64,000 bases of DNA from Octopus vulgaris (Eukaryota), in NCBI GenBank assembly GCA_951406725.2, contig OX597825.1, forward strand, positions 80,848,001 to 80,912,000. Direction: 5' to 3'. The notes beneath the pieces are model-generated. The model did no database searches, had not been told where the DNA came from, and was given only the letters and a program-made list of their open reading frames with translations. The translations under genes and the position numbers were made by a program. Below, piece by piece: positions 41,303 through 55,619 of this stretch. Every line of letters starts with the position of its first letter. The first letter of the stretch is position 1.

Positions 41303-41306
<4 letters not shown>
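41118..41306. mobile_element. MITE inserted in (TA)n, with TIRs of about 45 bp and an internal 16-bp hairpin
   Basis: ttaatggttatcgccatactaatatggcagtctaaatataaga pairs with tcttatatttagactgccatattagtatggcgataactattaa. The internal hairpin is ctgcgtccattacaac-cttcgaaa-gttgtaatggacgcag. Confidence 0.88.
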
Positions 41307-41341
<35 letters not shown>

Positions 41342-41409
41342 TTATATATACATATATATATATATATATGTATGTATGTCAGTGCACACACACGTATATA
41401 TATACTTAC

Positions 41410-41489
<80 letters not shown>

Positions 41490-41495
<6 letters not shown>

Positions 41496-41692
41496 GTTTG
41501 TTCTTTACCACCGCTTGGTAACCAGTGTCTGTTTATATACCCGTAAGTTAGAGGTACGGCTAAGAAGAATCCGATAGGTTAAGTGCTAAATTTAGAAATA
41601 AGTTCTGGAGTCGATTTCTTTGATTGAAGCATTCAAGGTGGTGACCCAGCATGGCCGCAGTCCAACCACTGAAACAAGTAAGCGATAAAAGA
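41490..41692 (+). mobile_element. SINE family A 3' half, old
   Basis: ggtggtgacccagcatggccgcagtccaaccactgaaacaagta tail. Confidence 0.7.
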
Positions 41693-42325
41693 TTTACCCA
41701 GCTAAAAGTACGAGTAAGTTTCCCGTTTAATCTTAGATCCGCTTTCATATCACTTGACATAGAAACAAACATTAACACACATTCACACACACGCGTTGCA
41801 TGCACACTCGCTTATGTGAACGGACGACTAAATCGTTGAAAGCATCCTTCCTTCTTTAAGACTATATCGCCATGTTATTCGAAGGAATGTGACTACCATT
41901 TCTAACTAGTTTAGAGACCATCTAGAAATCCCCTACTTCGAAGATTCAGCAATATTTGAGGAAATTGTAATTGGCCAACGTCTAGCATTTTTAGTTCTAC
42001 TTGTGCCTGCCACCACTTTTTTACTTATATTTGGAATTTGACGGAACGGATATCGCCCGGCTACCGATGATGTTCCACCGCTGAGCAATCTTGAAAGCTA
42101 TTGATATTTAGGAGAGAAGATGACGCAATTCTTTTGCATAGAACCTGAAGACTATCAAACTCCTAGAGATGCACAATTCTATTTGCAGTTGGATTAATTA
42201 AAATAAGCTTTCTTGCTAATTATTTTCATAGAGATTTTTTTTTTGTCACGATAATAATTATCCATGGTGGGGATAATGCTGGCAACGTTGATGATCATGA
42301 GACAACAACGACTGCAAAAACAATA

Positions 42326-42403
<78 letters not shown>

Positions 42404-42714
42404 GCTGCTGCTACTGCTGCTGCTAATGCTGCTGCCTTCCTATTCTTGTCTCATCCCTTCATCCAAACCTCCATAATCTCTTCTTCGTCCACTTCCTCCT
42501 CATCTTCTTTCTCCTCATCCTCCTCATCCTCTCTTCCATCTCCTCTACCTACTCAGCTTCATTTTCATCTTCTTCTCCTTCTCTACCCCTTCCTTTCCCC
42601 CTCACCCCTTCTTTTCGTCCTAATTTTCTTTCACCTCCAACTCAACCTCTTCCTTTTGCGCCTCACCTGCCACCCCATCCGTCTCTTCTCCCTCTTTCTT
42701 TCTCCTACAACACC

Positions 42715-42790
42715 AATTACTACTACTACTAATACTACTACTACTACTACCCTCCTTCTCATCCTTCTACTACCACTACTACTACTACTA

Positions 42791-42851
<61 letters not shown>

Positions 42852-42862
42852 CACTACTACCA

Positions 42863-42896
<34 letters not shown>

Positions 42897-42976
42897 AACT
42901 GCTGCTGCTTCTACTACTACTACTACTACTACTACTACTGCTACTACTACTACTACTACTACTACCACTACTACCA

Positions 42977-43010
<34 letters not shown>

Positions 43011-43032
43011 AACTGCTGCTGCTTCTACTACA

Positions 43033-43070
<38 letters not shown>

Positions 43071-43131
43071 AACTGCTGCTGCTTCTATACTACTACTACT
43101 ACTACTACTACTACTACAACTGCTGCTGCTT

Positions 43132-43195
<64 letters not shown>

Positions 43196-43261
43196 AACTG
43201 CTGCTGCTTCTACTACTACTACAACTGTTGTTACTACTTCTACTACTACAACTGTTGTTGT

Positions 43262-43315
<54 letters not shown>

Positions 43316-43318
43316 AGT
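42715..43318. repeat. (CTA)n array with the recurring higher-order unit caactgctgctgcttc
   Basis: The interrupting motif recurs near 42896, 43010, 43070, 43116 and 43194. Confidence 0.9.
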
Positions 43319-43760
43319 ATTACCAACACAAATACAGGTAGCTGACTGTTCTATTAGCTGACAATTCCTGTTGATTTTATTGTTTTTGGTTTCTTTGGCT
43401 TTTTGAAAAAATTTCTTGATTTCTTTTTTTTCTTCTTTTCTTTTTCTCTTTTTCTTGCTTAAATTTTTGTCAGCGCATTTTATCGTCATCGTTGCTGTTG
43501 TAGCTGTCGTTATTATTGTTGTTTTCTAGATGTTCACATGACAAAGCTATAGCAATAAAAATAAAATAAAAATAAGTAAGAAAAAAACTAACACAAAGAA
43601 ATAATCTCGTTGTAATTTTCCCGAAGCAGGTAGCAGACACGAGATTCATATATTAGATAAGGATTATCAATAAAACATTTTTATAATTATTTGCCTACCA
43701 CCATTGAAAGATTTCAAAGATAAAAATATAATTACATAATTTCATACATGCCATTGAGTG

Positions 43761-43802
<42 letters not shown>

Positions 43803-43919
43803 GTATGTATGTATATATATATTGGTATATATATATGTATATATGTATATATATATGTATATATATCTATACATATGTATATATATAATAATGTGGCATA
43901 TATAAAATTACGTAATAAT

Positions 43920-43981
<62 letters not shown>

Positions 43982-44065
43982 AGTTTTTGTGTGTATATAT
44001 ATATGTCTTGTTTAATACCTTTGTCATCACTTTTTCTGATACATATATGTATTTACATATATATG

Positions 44066-44178
<113 letters not shown>

Positions 44179-44429
44179 ATGTGAATATGTATATATTATA
44201 ATAGATTATATTATATATTAGATATTAAATTACGTTATCCATTATAGTGCATATAATATTATCTTCCACTTTTTTTATATTATAAAGAATCATTTTCTTT
44301 CGGTGCTGACAATAGAATATGCTATTCACGTATTTCATACTCCCTCTGTTGCCCGTTTCTCGTTGACCTTTGAAGCAAGCGTGTTTATTTCCTTACATAG
44401 GACATTTTCATGACAGAATAATGATGACA

Positions 44430-44491
<62 letters not shown>

Positions 44492-44513
44492 AAAAATAAT
44501 AATAATAATAATG

Positions 44514-44568
<55 letters not shown>

Positions 44569-44570
<2 letters not shown>

Positions 44571-44953
44571 GGAGTGGCTGTGTGGTAAGTAGCTTGCTAA
44601 CCAACCACATGATTCCGGGTTCAATCCCACTGCGTGGCATCTTGGGCAAGTGTCTTCTGCTATAGCCCCGGGCCGATCAATGCCTTGTGGGTGGATTTGG
44701 TAGACGGAAACTGAAAGAAGCCTGTCGTATATATGTATATATATATGTGTGCTTGTGTGTCTGTGTTTGTCCCCCTAGCATTGCTTGACAACCGATGCTG
44801 ATGTGTTTACGTCCCCGTCACTTAGCGGTTCGGCAAAAGAGACCGATAGAATAAGTACTGGGCTTACAAAGAATAAGTCCCGGGGTCGATTTGCTCGAGT
44901 AAAGGCGGTGCTCCAGCATGGCTGCAGTCAAATGACTGAAACAAGTAAAAGAG
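44569..44953 (+). mobile_element. SINE family A, full length, inside (TAA)n
   Basis: Complete family A match with (TAA)n on both sides. Confidence 0.92.
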
Positions 44954-44975
44954 TATAATAATAATAATAATAATA

Positions 44976-45466
44976 TCATGTACGTTGTTTGGTCTTGGTA
45001 TAAAAGATGGGCTATTGTAAATATTCTACTCAATACCACAGATTTGCTTGTCAGTTGTTTGACCTTAACCAGTTGAGCATGTCCCTTAGTGGCTGATGAT
45101 ATGTGCATCTCTGATCACGAGCAGAAGTAGTGGAGGAGCATCATAGCCAGGTGTGGAGAGGAAGTCTTAGGGGTTTGGATAATTCACCTCTGAAAACATG
45201 GGTATTTCGTTCAGTATCATGAAACAGCCCTTATTCAAGGACCATTTGAGCAGGATGGACTACTCGACCAGAAGAAAATTCTAACTAAGCCCCACCTGCA
45301 AGGGCATGTGTTGTTTATCTTGATATGAGATCACTATGTCGCGCAAATATGGTTGTGATGCATGTGTCTGGTATACCCTTATCAGACGTGTAGTCATGAT
45401 GGGTATACTGGACTTCGTATATTTTACCCTAGTGTCACTTTGATGGCATGCACTGCTCTCTCACTC
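44976..45466 (+). mobile_element. Unclassified non-coding repeat, probable LINE 3' UTR with (AAT)n tail or target
   Basis: About 490 bp of GC-richer sequence bounded on both sides by (AAT)n and ending ctctctcactc(AAT)n. No recognisable ORF. Confidence 0.45.
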
Positions 45467-45534
<68 letters not shown>

Positions 45535-45754
45535 TGATAATGACGACAACAAGGATAACAACACCAGAAACAATAGTAAGTCTAATTAATTAAAAGAAAA
45601 GCTTACTTATTTTTGTATCTACAGCAATCAGAAAAGACTCGCGCTGAAACGAAAGAAATAAAGCAGAGGAACGCCATTTTCTAGATGTCAATCAAATACA
45701 GAAAAGCAAAGAAAATGGAGCTAAACGATATTTTAACACAAGCACTCACTGCCT

Positions 45755-45802
<48 letters not shown>

Positions 45803-45933
45803 CAGATACAACACAGGCATACACACTCTCACGCATATAAATGTATATACATACACACCTATATACTCGAGCACAAACACATACACATACGTATATATAC
45901 ATAGGTGTATATGCATGTTTGTATATGTATGTG

Positions 45934-46036
<103 letters not shown>

Positions 46037-46084
46037 GCATGTATATATGTATATGTATATGTGTATATTTTTTAATTCTTTAAT

Positions 46085-47044
46085 TCTTTAAAATGTTTAG
46101 GCTTCAAGGCTGCGGTCGTGCTGGGGCACCACCGTTGACTGAACTACAACATTATTTGAAACCTCCTCTGATATATGGCATTTGGTCAATGAGGGAGTTT
46201 GATGCCGCTGCTCTCATCTGTGTTTCCTGCCGTGAGGTAGGCTCATCTGGATCCCTTGACAAGAAGAGGTCCAACCTTGTTTTAAAGATACATCCACACC
46301 ATGCAGGTCTCTCAGGCATTTTGGAAGGGTATTGAAGAGCTGTGGGTTTTGGAGTCCAAGCTGTTGCTGTGTCTGGTCCTGTATTTTGATGGAGATACTG
46401 AGATCTTTGGCACTATGTAGTGACACTCCGTTCTGCAGTTTGAGTAACTTTCGATACCAAAGTTTGGTACAAGGCCTTCCAGAATTTTCTAGGAGTATAT
46501 CACTGTATATTTTTTCCGCCGTCGTTCCAGGGAGAAGAGTTTTAATTCTTTCAGTCTTTTCCAGTAGCTGATACATTGCATCGAGACGGTTTTCTTAGTG
46601 TAGCTTCGTTGGATTGCTTCGAGTTCCGCCGTAAATTTTATATTGAGTAGTGACCATAGATGAGAACAGTAGTTCAAGCGGCTGAGGACGTATATCCTCC
46701 AAAGGATCATCAATGTCACCTTTTCTCTTGTGAAAGTTCAGAGGATCCATCCATCCAACCGTCTGCATTTTATTACCAAATTGGTAATATGCACTTGGAA
46801 AGATGCCTCATTGCTCATGTCAATGCGCAGGTCACGCACTGAATTTGATTCAGGAAATTCAATTACTCCCAGGCCAGTGTATCCTGTCTTCATGTCATTT
46901 AACTTTGTGTGCTGGTAGCGTAGGGCCTGGAATGGAATTTTCGTGCATTAAACTGCATGTTATTATTCTCAGCCCACCTGTATATTGCGTCCAACTCCCG
47001 TTGCAAATGTGGAAAATTTCCAGGATTTTGTATCGTCTGCATAG

Positions 47045-47046
<2 letters not shown>
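46085..47046 (-). mobile_element. 5'-truncated CR1/L2-like LINE (RT YADD motif to 3' tail), decayed
   Basis: YADDTK begins at 47043 on the minus strand. It is followed by LQRELDAIYRWAENNNMQFNARKF, RDLRIDMS, VLSRLNYCSHLWS, LEAIQRSYTK and YWKRLKELKLFSLERRR, with the tail ggtggtgccccagcacgaccgcag. Confidence 0.92.
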
Positions 47047-47116
<70 letters not shown>

Positions 47117-47139
47117 ATATGTATGTATGTATGTATGTA

Positions 47140-47250
47140 TACGTGGTCTGATCAATAAGTATCTGGACTGTTGCCATAGTAACGAAGCTAAAGCATGCAG
47201 AGTGAAGTTACTTGGTACAGATTGACCTTAAACTCTGCTGTTCAAATGTA
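47140..47250 (+). mobile_element. Mariner-type terminal fragment
   Basis: ta|cgtggtctgatcaataagtatctggact resembles mariner TIRs of the TACGAGGTCTGATCAAAAAGT type. No partner end was found. Confidence 0.5.
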
Positions 47251-47254
47251 CAGA

Positions 47255-47440
47255 AAACAAAAGACAACGACAAGTAAGCGAACAACACGCAGAGGTATTA
47301 GTTTGACGCTCGGGAAGAAAGGAAAAGTCTTTGACTTTTTGAGCCGACGCTCTCCGGCAGAAAAGAATGAGAGGGAAAAAATGGGGAGAGAAAGAAGAAA
47401 AGAAACGGAGAGAGAAAAATGTGTCGGGAGTAACGGCTTA
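47255..47440 (-). mobile_element. Family E1-related element, degenerate
   Basis: The minus strand reads ttttCTGCCGGagagcgtcggctcAAAAagtcaaagac, followed by ttcccgagcgtcaaactaatac. Confidence 0.65.
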
Positions 47441-47581
47441 ACATAATGAAGAGATCGGAAAAAAAGAGGCTGAGTAAAGGGGAGATAATAACAGTGACAC
47501 AGTTAAACAGAGTTGCGCAAGCGCGTGTGCGTATGTGTACAAGTAAAGCAGTGTATATATGTATGTATCTATGTATGTATC

Positions 47582-47644
<63 letters not shown>

Positions 47645-48664
47645 AAATAAGGATAAAATCTTTATAAGAAATTATCAGTAGTTAGCGTGAAAAACCTCGT
47701 AAGAGAAAAAATCTGTAACTAAAATATGTAACTAAATTCTGTTTTTAAATGACTCGCTTTGAAGCTTTGCATTCGGTACAATTTGTTTATTTTAGTAGTT
47801 TTGACTGCAAAGTCCCTCCTAGCATGCGGTACTTATGAATAATAGTACCCTCTATATAATATATATATATATATATATGCACACATACATACACATATAT
47901 ATCTTCATATATATATATATACACACATACATAGTGAACCTATTAAACTTACCAACTTGTACCTCACCGTTACTGAATGTGTAAAACATTCTTCGCTGTT
48001 AACCGAAGATGGAACTTTATGAATCAAATTAAACCCCAGAGTTCTGTTTTTCCCCAAGTGGAACGCCATCAGCATGGTATACGATTTCTTCAGTTTAGAA
48101 CCTCCCCCACTTCACAGAATAAAACATTCAAACACCTCCTCAAATAACTAAGAGAGATTTGGCTGTTATTTCTAACATGTGAAGTGACTCCTTAATAGTA
48201 TTCATACTCACTCCTCAGCTTATAGTTTTGCCTCTAAGGAACATTTATCCCTGCGCTCTGCTACTGCTACTACAACTTTCATGATGGAATATTCAAGTTC
48301 ACATCTAATTGCTGTGCAGAGCGTAAAATAGCGACAATTTCTTGACGATTCTTCATGGATTTAGGAAAAAAAAAAAAATTCGAAGAAACCATTATCGTAT
48401 ATTACATTAGATAAAAGGGAAAAGAGAAAAAGAAGAAATCAAGGCTAAAACAAAAGTGGATAGAAAACCACTACTTATAAATACAAGTATCTTACTTATA
48501 ATTATTCATAAAAAATAAATGACTAAAAAAGTGGAAAGAAAACTTTTAAGTCACGGAAGCTATTATCAAACGCCATCAGAACGAATTGTGTCAGGCTTTT
48601 AATAATGTTGAAAATAAAATCTTCTTCCTAAAATACTCAAAGTACATATACTTGCAGACGCACG

Positions 48665-48736
<72 letters not shown>

Positions 48737-48749
48737 TGTATACATGTCA

Positions 48750-48801
<52 letters not shown>

Positions 48802-48810
48802 GTCTATCTG

Positions 48811-48856
<46 letters not shown>

Positions 48857-48916
48857 AATCAATCAATGTGTATACACGTAGATTACATGACTAAGTATGC
48901 ATGTATATATATATAT

Positions 48917-48987
<71 letters not shown>

Positions 48988-49226
48988 TCTCTCTCTATAT
49001 TTATACACACACATACATATACGTAAATTTAGTGATTTTTTTGAAACTTGCTTGATATATTTTATACACTTAGATATCTGGGCTTAGAGATATCTTCTGA
49101 AATGTATGTTGTATTTTCCCGTACACACACACACACACAGACGCACACAAACACACACACATATATGCATTAACCATATATATCAACTTATACAGATTTG
49201 TACCTATGCAGTATGTCTGTATCTTG

Positions 49227-49259
<33 letters not shown>

Positions 49260-49450
49260 GCCCAAAGATGAACTTATGGAGAAATAGCTTGAACTGTCTG
49301 ATGAATAAATACACACTTGGCTCAGATGAGAAAATATATCGACTCAAAAAAGAAAACTTAAAATTGAGCATATAATTATCTCCCTTTAGTTTGTCTCTAC
49401 ATATGCATACATATTTATATTTGTATGTAATAGGTATATATATGTATATA

Positions 49451-49512
<62 letters not shown>

Positions 49513-49739
49513 CATACATACACACTCATATATATATATAAAACACACCGAAGCGTTGAAAAAGCTTTCCTTATTTTCTGTTTTCCGCTTCATCGTCGCT
49601 TCCGGTAATTCAGCATGGCATCCATTAGAGAATGCATTAACGCCTGTCGACTTAGTGAACTGTGAGCAAAAATCAACGGCTTAAAAACTGTTAGAATTTA
49701 AAAACTCGTATACATTATGTATGAACGTACGTATGTATA

Positions 49740-49985
49740 TCATTTTGTTTTATTTCTTAGATTTCTTGCCAATGGGGAAAGCCGGTTTCTAACCTTTACA
49801 TAGGTACAAAGGTTACAAAAGGGATTAATAATCCTGGTGAAAGTTTTATAAGCATTCTGCAGAGATGTAACTCGGTTAACTAAATAGCTCATTGGAAGCC
49901 ACTTTAATCCACATAGGTCGTAAATATACATTCCATTGCCTGTCGAAGTTGTAAATCCGAAAACGCATAAATTCAGTATAAAAAT
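49740..49985 (-). mobile_element. Highly diverged 3' end of the R4/Dong-like LINE
   Basis: The 3' UTR motif GGTTAGAAACCGGCTTT..CC..TGGCAAGAAATCT..GAAATAAAAC is shared with 60490-60550, and a KTF remnant of the ORF end is present. Confidence 0.55.
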
Positions 49986-50396
49986 ATTATGTATTAATCT
50001 TTTTCGCTAGCTCAAATAATAGTTTCTTCTAGTGAACCGTTCCCTGCGGCTCTGCCTCCGGTTCTCTATGTTGTACAATTTATTGCTTGTATTTCTTATT
50101 TTTCATTAATATTTATTCGCACTAAATCAATAAGAATAGCTGGAAATGATGCGTCTAAGACTTGAAAAAGAAATATACCTAGTTGATAATATAAACCGGT
50201 GATACATCCATCACTTTTGGTAAGGAACTAAACAGACAAGCTAATTATATCCCTTGTAGTTCTCTCACCGGGCAGATGTCACCGATAATACCTCTTTCTG
50301 ATATAAAGCCTAATTGTAGCTCATCAATTTTCATTACTTTTCTAATCAATGATTGTCAAAATTCTAAAACTTTGAAACTTCATATATCTAAATATA

Positions 50397-50429
<33 letters not shown>

Positions 50430-50784
50430 GGACAGAGAAAACGTGATAGATACATACATGTATTACATTCGTTGTATGTAATTTCATATACATTTAAATA
50501 GCTTATAGCATCTGGGAACATGCGTATATGCATATCTATCTTTAATGTGACAGAGTGCCCAACCACAATTTGAGAGGTGCAAGGTTCGATTACCTCTGGA
50601 AACGTGCTGGTCACCTTTTCCTGTATTCTAAAGGGTATGGAGCCGGTATTCTAATCTCTCTACACAGCCATCCTGCGTTGCGGATTCCTTTATCTTTTGC
50701 AGAATACTGACTCAAGTGGTGCTTATAAGTTTGTTTACAAAATATATATATATATCTGGTTTGTTGGCGTCATACGAAATGGTT

Positions 50785-50951
50785 CCGTCTTCCCTTCCTT
50801 GGATCTTTCCTTTTTCTATGTTTCTGACGAAGAGCTCCGCTCGAAATGTTAAATCCTCCTTCTTTCATTCCTTTCCTGAGCGTCCAATAACACTATACTT
50901 GTTCCACGTCCTCGCATTGCTGTGTTTTCTCTTTGTGTTTTCATGTTTGAA

Positions 50952-50956
<5 letters not shown>
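50785..50956 (+). mobile_element. Family E2 hammerhead-bearing element ending in (TA)n
   Basis: GTTT-CTGACGA-A-GAGC-tcc-GCTC-GAAA-TG-TT-AAAT at 50820-50854. The body matches 33525-33720. Confidence 0.8.
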
Positions 50957-50990
<34 letters not shown>

Positions 50991-51144
50991 TTATGTGTGT
51001 GTATTTATATAACTCTGATGAGCGCAGGATTACATAATCGGACTTTTAACTAACACTCCATTGAACCTCTAATGCAAAACTGAATGCTTAAATCGGCCGC
51101 AGTGGTTATATATATAATATTGTACACTTCGATTAATATAAATA

Positions 51145-51214
<70 letters not shown>

Positions 51215-51711
51215 AATAACTATAAGAGCCCAACCTCTCTAGTGCTGTAGTTAACGCATATGAATGAAAATATATACATTAACAGGGACCATAATCGATC
51301 GAGAATTCTTAATACTGACGTTCTAGTTTCGGCAGTTTCCTTTGCTTCATCAGTTAAGGCCGCTTGATTGTTCGGCTATTTCAGGACTCGCCTCGCCATT
51401 AGTATTTATGTTTTCGTCATTCAAATTATTTGATGATTTAGCGATTCGCTAATGTGTATATATAAAATTAATATAACAGCAGTTTGCAATGTTTCATCAA
51501 AAAGGGGAATTACAAATGTATATACACAAGTCTTGTTGGCAAATCAAAGAAGCAGTGCTCCGTACACGGTCTCAGATTAGTGGATTAGCATAAGAGATCA
51601 AACATCCAAGCCACTATGACTCCTTCGATAATATGTATGTATATGTGTATATATATAGTCATAAATGTACTTATAATACATATGCACATGCATATGCATA
51701 ATACATACGTA

Positions 51712-51778
<67 letters not shown>

Positions 51779-51979
51779 GTGTGTGTGTATATGTATGTAT
51801 ATGGGTGACTTACAAACGTGAGAATGACATAATTATAATCAGTCTTATGAGAGATTAGAATACACAATATCTGATTTAATCTCTCTCTGGGATGCAATGG
51901 AATCATTTATTTGTTGGCGTCATACGAAATGGAAATTAGAGCAGTGACCAGATATACACGACGATAACACAGTCCAAGA

Positions 51980-52060
<81 letters not shown>

Positions 52061-52259
52061 TACACACACAAACGCGCGCATGTATGCACGTACATACACA
52101 CACATATATTGTAGCGATTTTGTTTCTGTTAGCTGTGAAGTATATTGTGTGTCTTTTGGACAGTATAAGCCTACAAAGGGATTTTTCCCGACCGAAAGCC
52201 GCAACCTCTGGTTTTCAAATACAGTAATAAACTCATACATTGAGTCTGATATATTGATA

Positions 52260-52308
<49 letters not shown>

Positions 52309-52462
52309 CATGCATATATGTGTGTGAGTATTTATATAACTCAGGTGAGTGCAGGATTACATAATCGGACTGTTACCTAACACTCCATTGAATCCCTAGT
52401 GCAAAACCGATTGCTAAGCTCGGTCGTAATGGGTATATATAATACTGCATACTTGGATTAAT

Positions 52463-53570
52463 ATGCAGGGTGCACAAGCTATTTTAGGACATACCTTTTT
52501 TTGGTCATTGCTGTATTTTTTGCTAACTCTTTACAATCTTTTGCTGTTATTGTAGTTAAAAAGGCTGAGCATAGCGGTTTAGAAATATCTCAGTTTTTAA
52601 AAGTTGATAGATCTTTCGTCTACAAAGTTTGTAAGGAGCTAGAGACTGAAGATGGAAACGTATCACCAGTATCAAAGCGAAAAAAGCATTCTAAACGCTC
52701 TGAAATCACCAGAACACCTGAATTTATCCAGCAAGTTCAACAGACCATTGATTACAATCTCAGAAAGTTCATGAGGTCAAATGCAAAAGATTTCCATGTG
52801 TCAGAAGGAACAGTCAGAAATGTCCACAAAGACATCAGATGTGAGTCTTATACGATGAGGAAAGGTTAATTTGTCAGAAAAAAGCAAAATTCTCTTAAAC
52901 AAACTGAAAAATCCAGCAAAATAAGATTTGATTTGGTACGAGAAAAACTTCGACCAAGATCAAAAAGTTAACAGACGAAATGACAGATGGTTATGTGAAG
53001 ACTCTTCAGAAGTTCCAAGTGTTACGCATACAAAATATTTTGTAACTGCCATAGTTTTAGGGGTTGTCAGCAATGAAGGACACGTGATTCTTCCTTACTT
53101 CTTTCCACAAGGCCTAAGGAAATAATTGTTAAGCCCTGGATAGACAGTGTATGCAATGGAAGGTCATATGCGTTTCAGTAAGACTCTACACTATCACACA
53201 TGGCTCTAGTAACACAGAAATGGATGGCAGAAACTTTTCATGATCACATAACCCCTAATATTTGGTCTCCTAATTTCCCAGATCTCAATCCATTGGACAA
53301 TTACATATGGAGCGTTATTGAGAGTGGTCAATGAACACACCCATAACACCAAAGATTTTCTGAAAGCTGCTATAGTCAGAGTAATGTCCAAAATAAACCA
53401 GGACCACTTGATTTAAGCATGTTGATGATTTAGATCTCATTGAAGCTGAACGTGGCTTTATTGAATAACATTATAGAAAGGAAGGTTTATTTTTATCCTC
53501 ATAGCATTTTTTGATAAATAAAGTTACTGTTTCTTTTTTATAAACGTAAATCTGTCCTCAAAATATATGG
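52463..53570 (+). mobile_element. Decayed DD37D (maT) Tc1/mariner-superfamily transposon
   Basis: EKNFDQDQKVNRRNDRWLC...VLGVVSNEGHVILPYFF, then FQ*DSTLSHMALVTQKWMAETFHDHITPNIWSPNFPDLNPLDNYIW, with 37 residues between the second and third catalytic Asp. The ends are imperfect inverted repeats (attttaggaca and tgtcctcaaaat). Confidence 0.88.
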
Positions 53571-54272
53571 TATAATTATAAACGGGAAAAACTTTAGCTA
53601 TTTCTCCGCAGACTGAAAAAAAACGATGAACAAACTTAATCGATTTTCGAGCTTTATTGGATTCTCATCAGAGGCGTCTACAACATTCTGACAGCCTCTA
53701 GAGAAACAAGTAGGCAAACTGTTTATATACTTAACAAATGCAGCAGTTACTCTATGAAGGAGTCCCTAATTTGCATACCGAATGTGTTTAACACTCTGTA
53801 AATACCAACAACCTGTCAACGGGGATCTTAGTCCACACAGTATCAACGTATGATATAATATTTATGAAACATATGGTATATACATATGTATATGTATACA
53901 TGTGTAGGACGCAAGCAATATAAATTTAATTTGAGCATTCTCAAGTAATATAAATTTAGTTAGAGCCATTATATAAACGTACCTTTGTTCATATGCAAAA
54001 TATAAAGAGTTAAATATAAAAATGTACGGAAATACACATTATTTGTATGGCCATTCTTGTCCAGGAATGTAACCTTTTACCGCGAGGGTATAATATATAT
54101 ATACAGAGTAATTTTAGCGCAGATTCAATAAGTCAAAATAGCCTCGTTGATATTTAAATCAATTCATCCGCTATGTACGTTTCGGTAATATATTTACACA
54201 CAAATTATGCTTCGGAAATGTACAAAATACCAATAATGTTGCATTCCTCGTCTGCCTCAGGATATATATTAT

Positions 54273-54370
54273 AGGTGCAGGCGTGGCTGTGTGGTAATAA
54301 TCTTGCTTCCCAACCACATGGTTCCGGGTTCAGTCCTACAGCGTGGCACGTTGCGTAAATGTCTTCTACT
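54273..54370 (+). mobile_element. SINE family A head fragment
   Basis: ggtgcaggcgtggctgtgtggtaa...ggttccgggttcagtcc. Confidence 0.75.
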
Positions 54371-55019
54371 AACCAGGAAACATTAGATAATGTCCAAAAT
54401 GGCACCAAGACACACAGTTCATATCCGTTGAATCAGTAGGTGCAAGTAGTACAAGCTGTAGCAGCAGCAGCAGTAATAGTAGTGGAGGTAGTAGTGGTGG
54501 TGCTAGTAGTAGTAGTAGTAGTAGTTGCAGCAGTCCCGGGACCAACACTTGTGGTTCTTGTTGAATTCTAGCGTGTAAAGATATTTCTAGTTTAACAATC
54601 TTATTTTTGTTTTCTTCCGCGGTCATTGTTTATCAAAGACCGCATTATTAGACACGCCTTTGTTTTCTTCTTCAAAGATGAGCACAATGCGATTTGAGAG
54701 GGAGAATTTGGTGGCTGTGTCTAGCAAGTCGAACAATGGAATTGCAATTAAACGATAACCTGATTGGTTGGGGGAATCAGTCTTGGTGGTCACGGCTTCA
54801 GAATTTACCAGAATCACATATAAATCACATGTAGATTAAATCGACTGCGTATTTATACACATATATATGCACACACACACACACACACGTATATATATAT
54901 ATTTCTATGTGTATCTATCTATCTATCTATATATGTGTGTATATATTTATAAACATATATATATATAATACATATACATATATATATATATACATAAACA
55001 TCATATATACATACACACA

Positions 55020-55070
<51 letters not shown>

Positions 55071-55559
55071 CATTCATGTGCATGTAATATACACATAAAT
55101 ATATAAGTATATACGTAATTGTATATATATATATACATACGTATATATATATATATACATATATATACATTCATATATATATACACATAAAAATACAAAT
55201 ATACATATATGTGCATATACTTACATGTATGCTTATATCAGTATACACACACACACTCATATATATATATACATACACATACGTATTTCATATATATATG
55301 TATATACCTCAGTGAATATATGTATATTTATGTGTGTATATACACGTGTAGTTTTTATGCATATAGATATATATATATATATATATTTATATATGCACAT
55401 ATATATATATGTGTGTGTGTGTGTGTATGTGTGTGTATAAAACTTCATCCCCGTCAAAAGCCCATACTGCCACCTGTGATCTCTTTCATCCTCGTTAAGT
55501 GTCCTCATCAGCGATGCAGTACAATAGCTTGTAATCTACACGATCATGGGAACTGTGAG

Positions 55560-55619
<60 letters not shown>

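Noticed and set aside
42880-43260. Regularly recurring motif resembling a CRISPR repeat-spacer array
   Set aside because: The spacers are just (CTA)n of variable length, the context is eukaryotic, and there are no cas genes.
42446-43345. Longest ORF in the window (299 aa)
   Set aside because: It consists of a pyrimidine-rich tract plus the (CTA)n array and has no recognisable domain.
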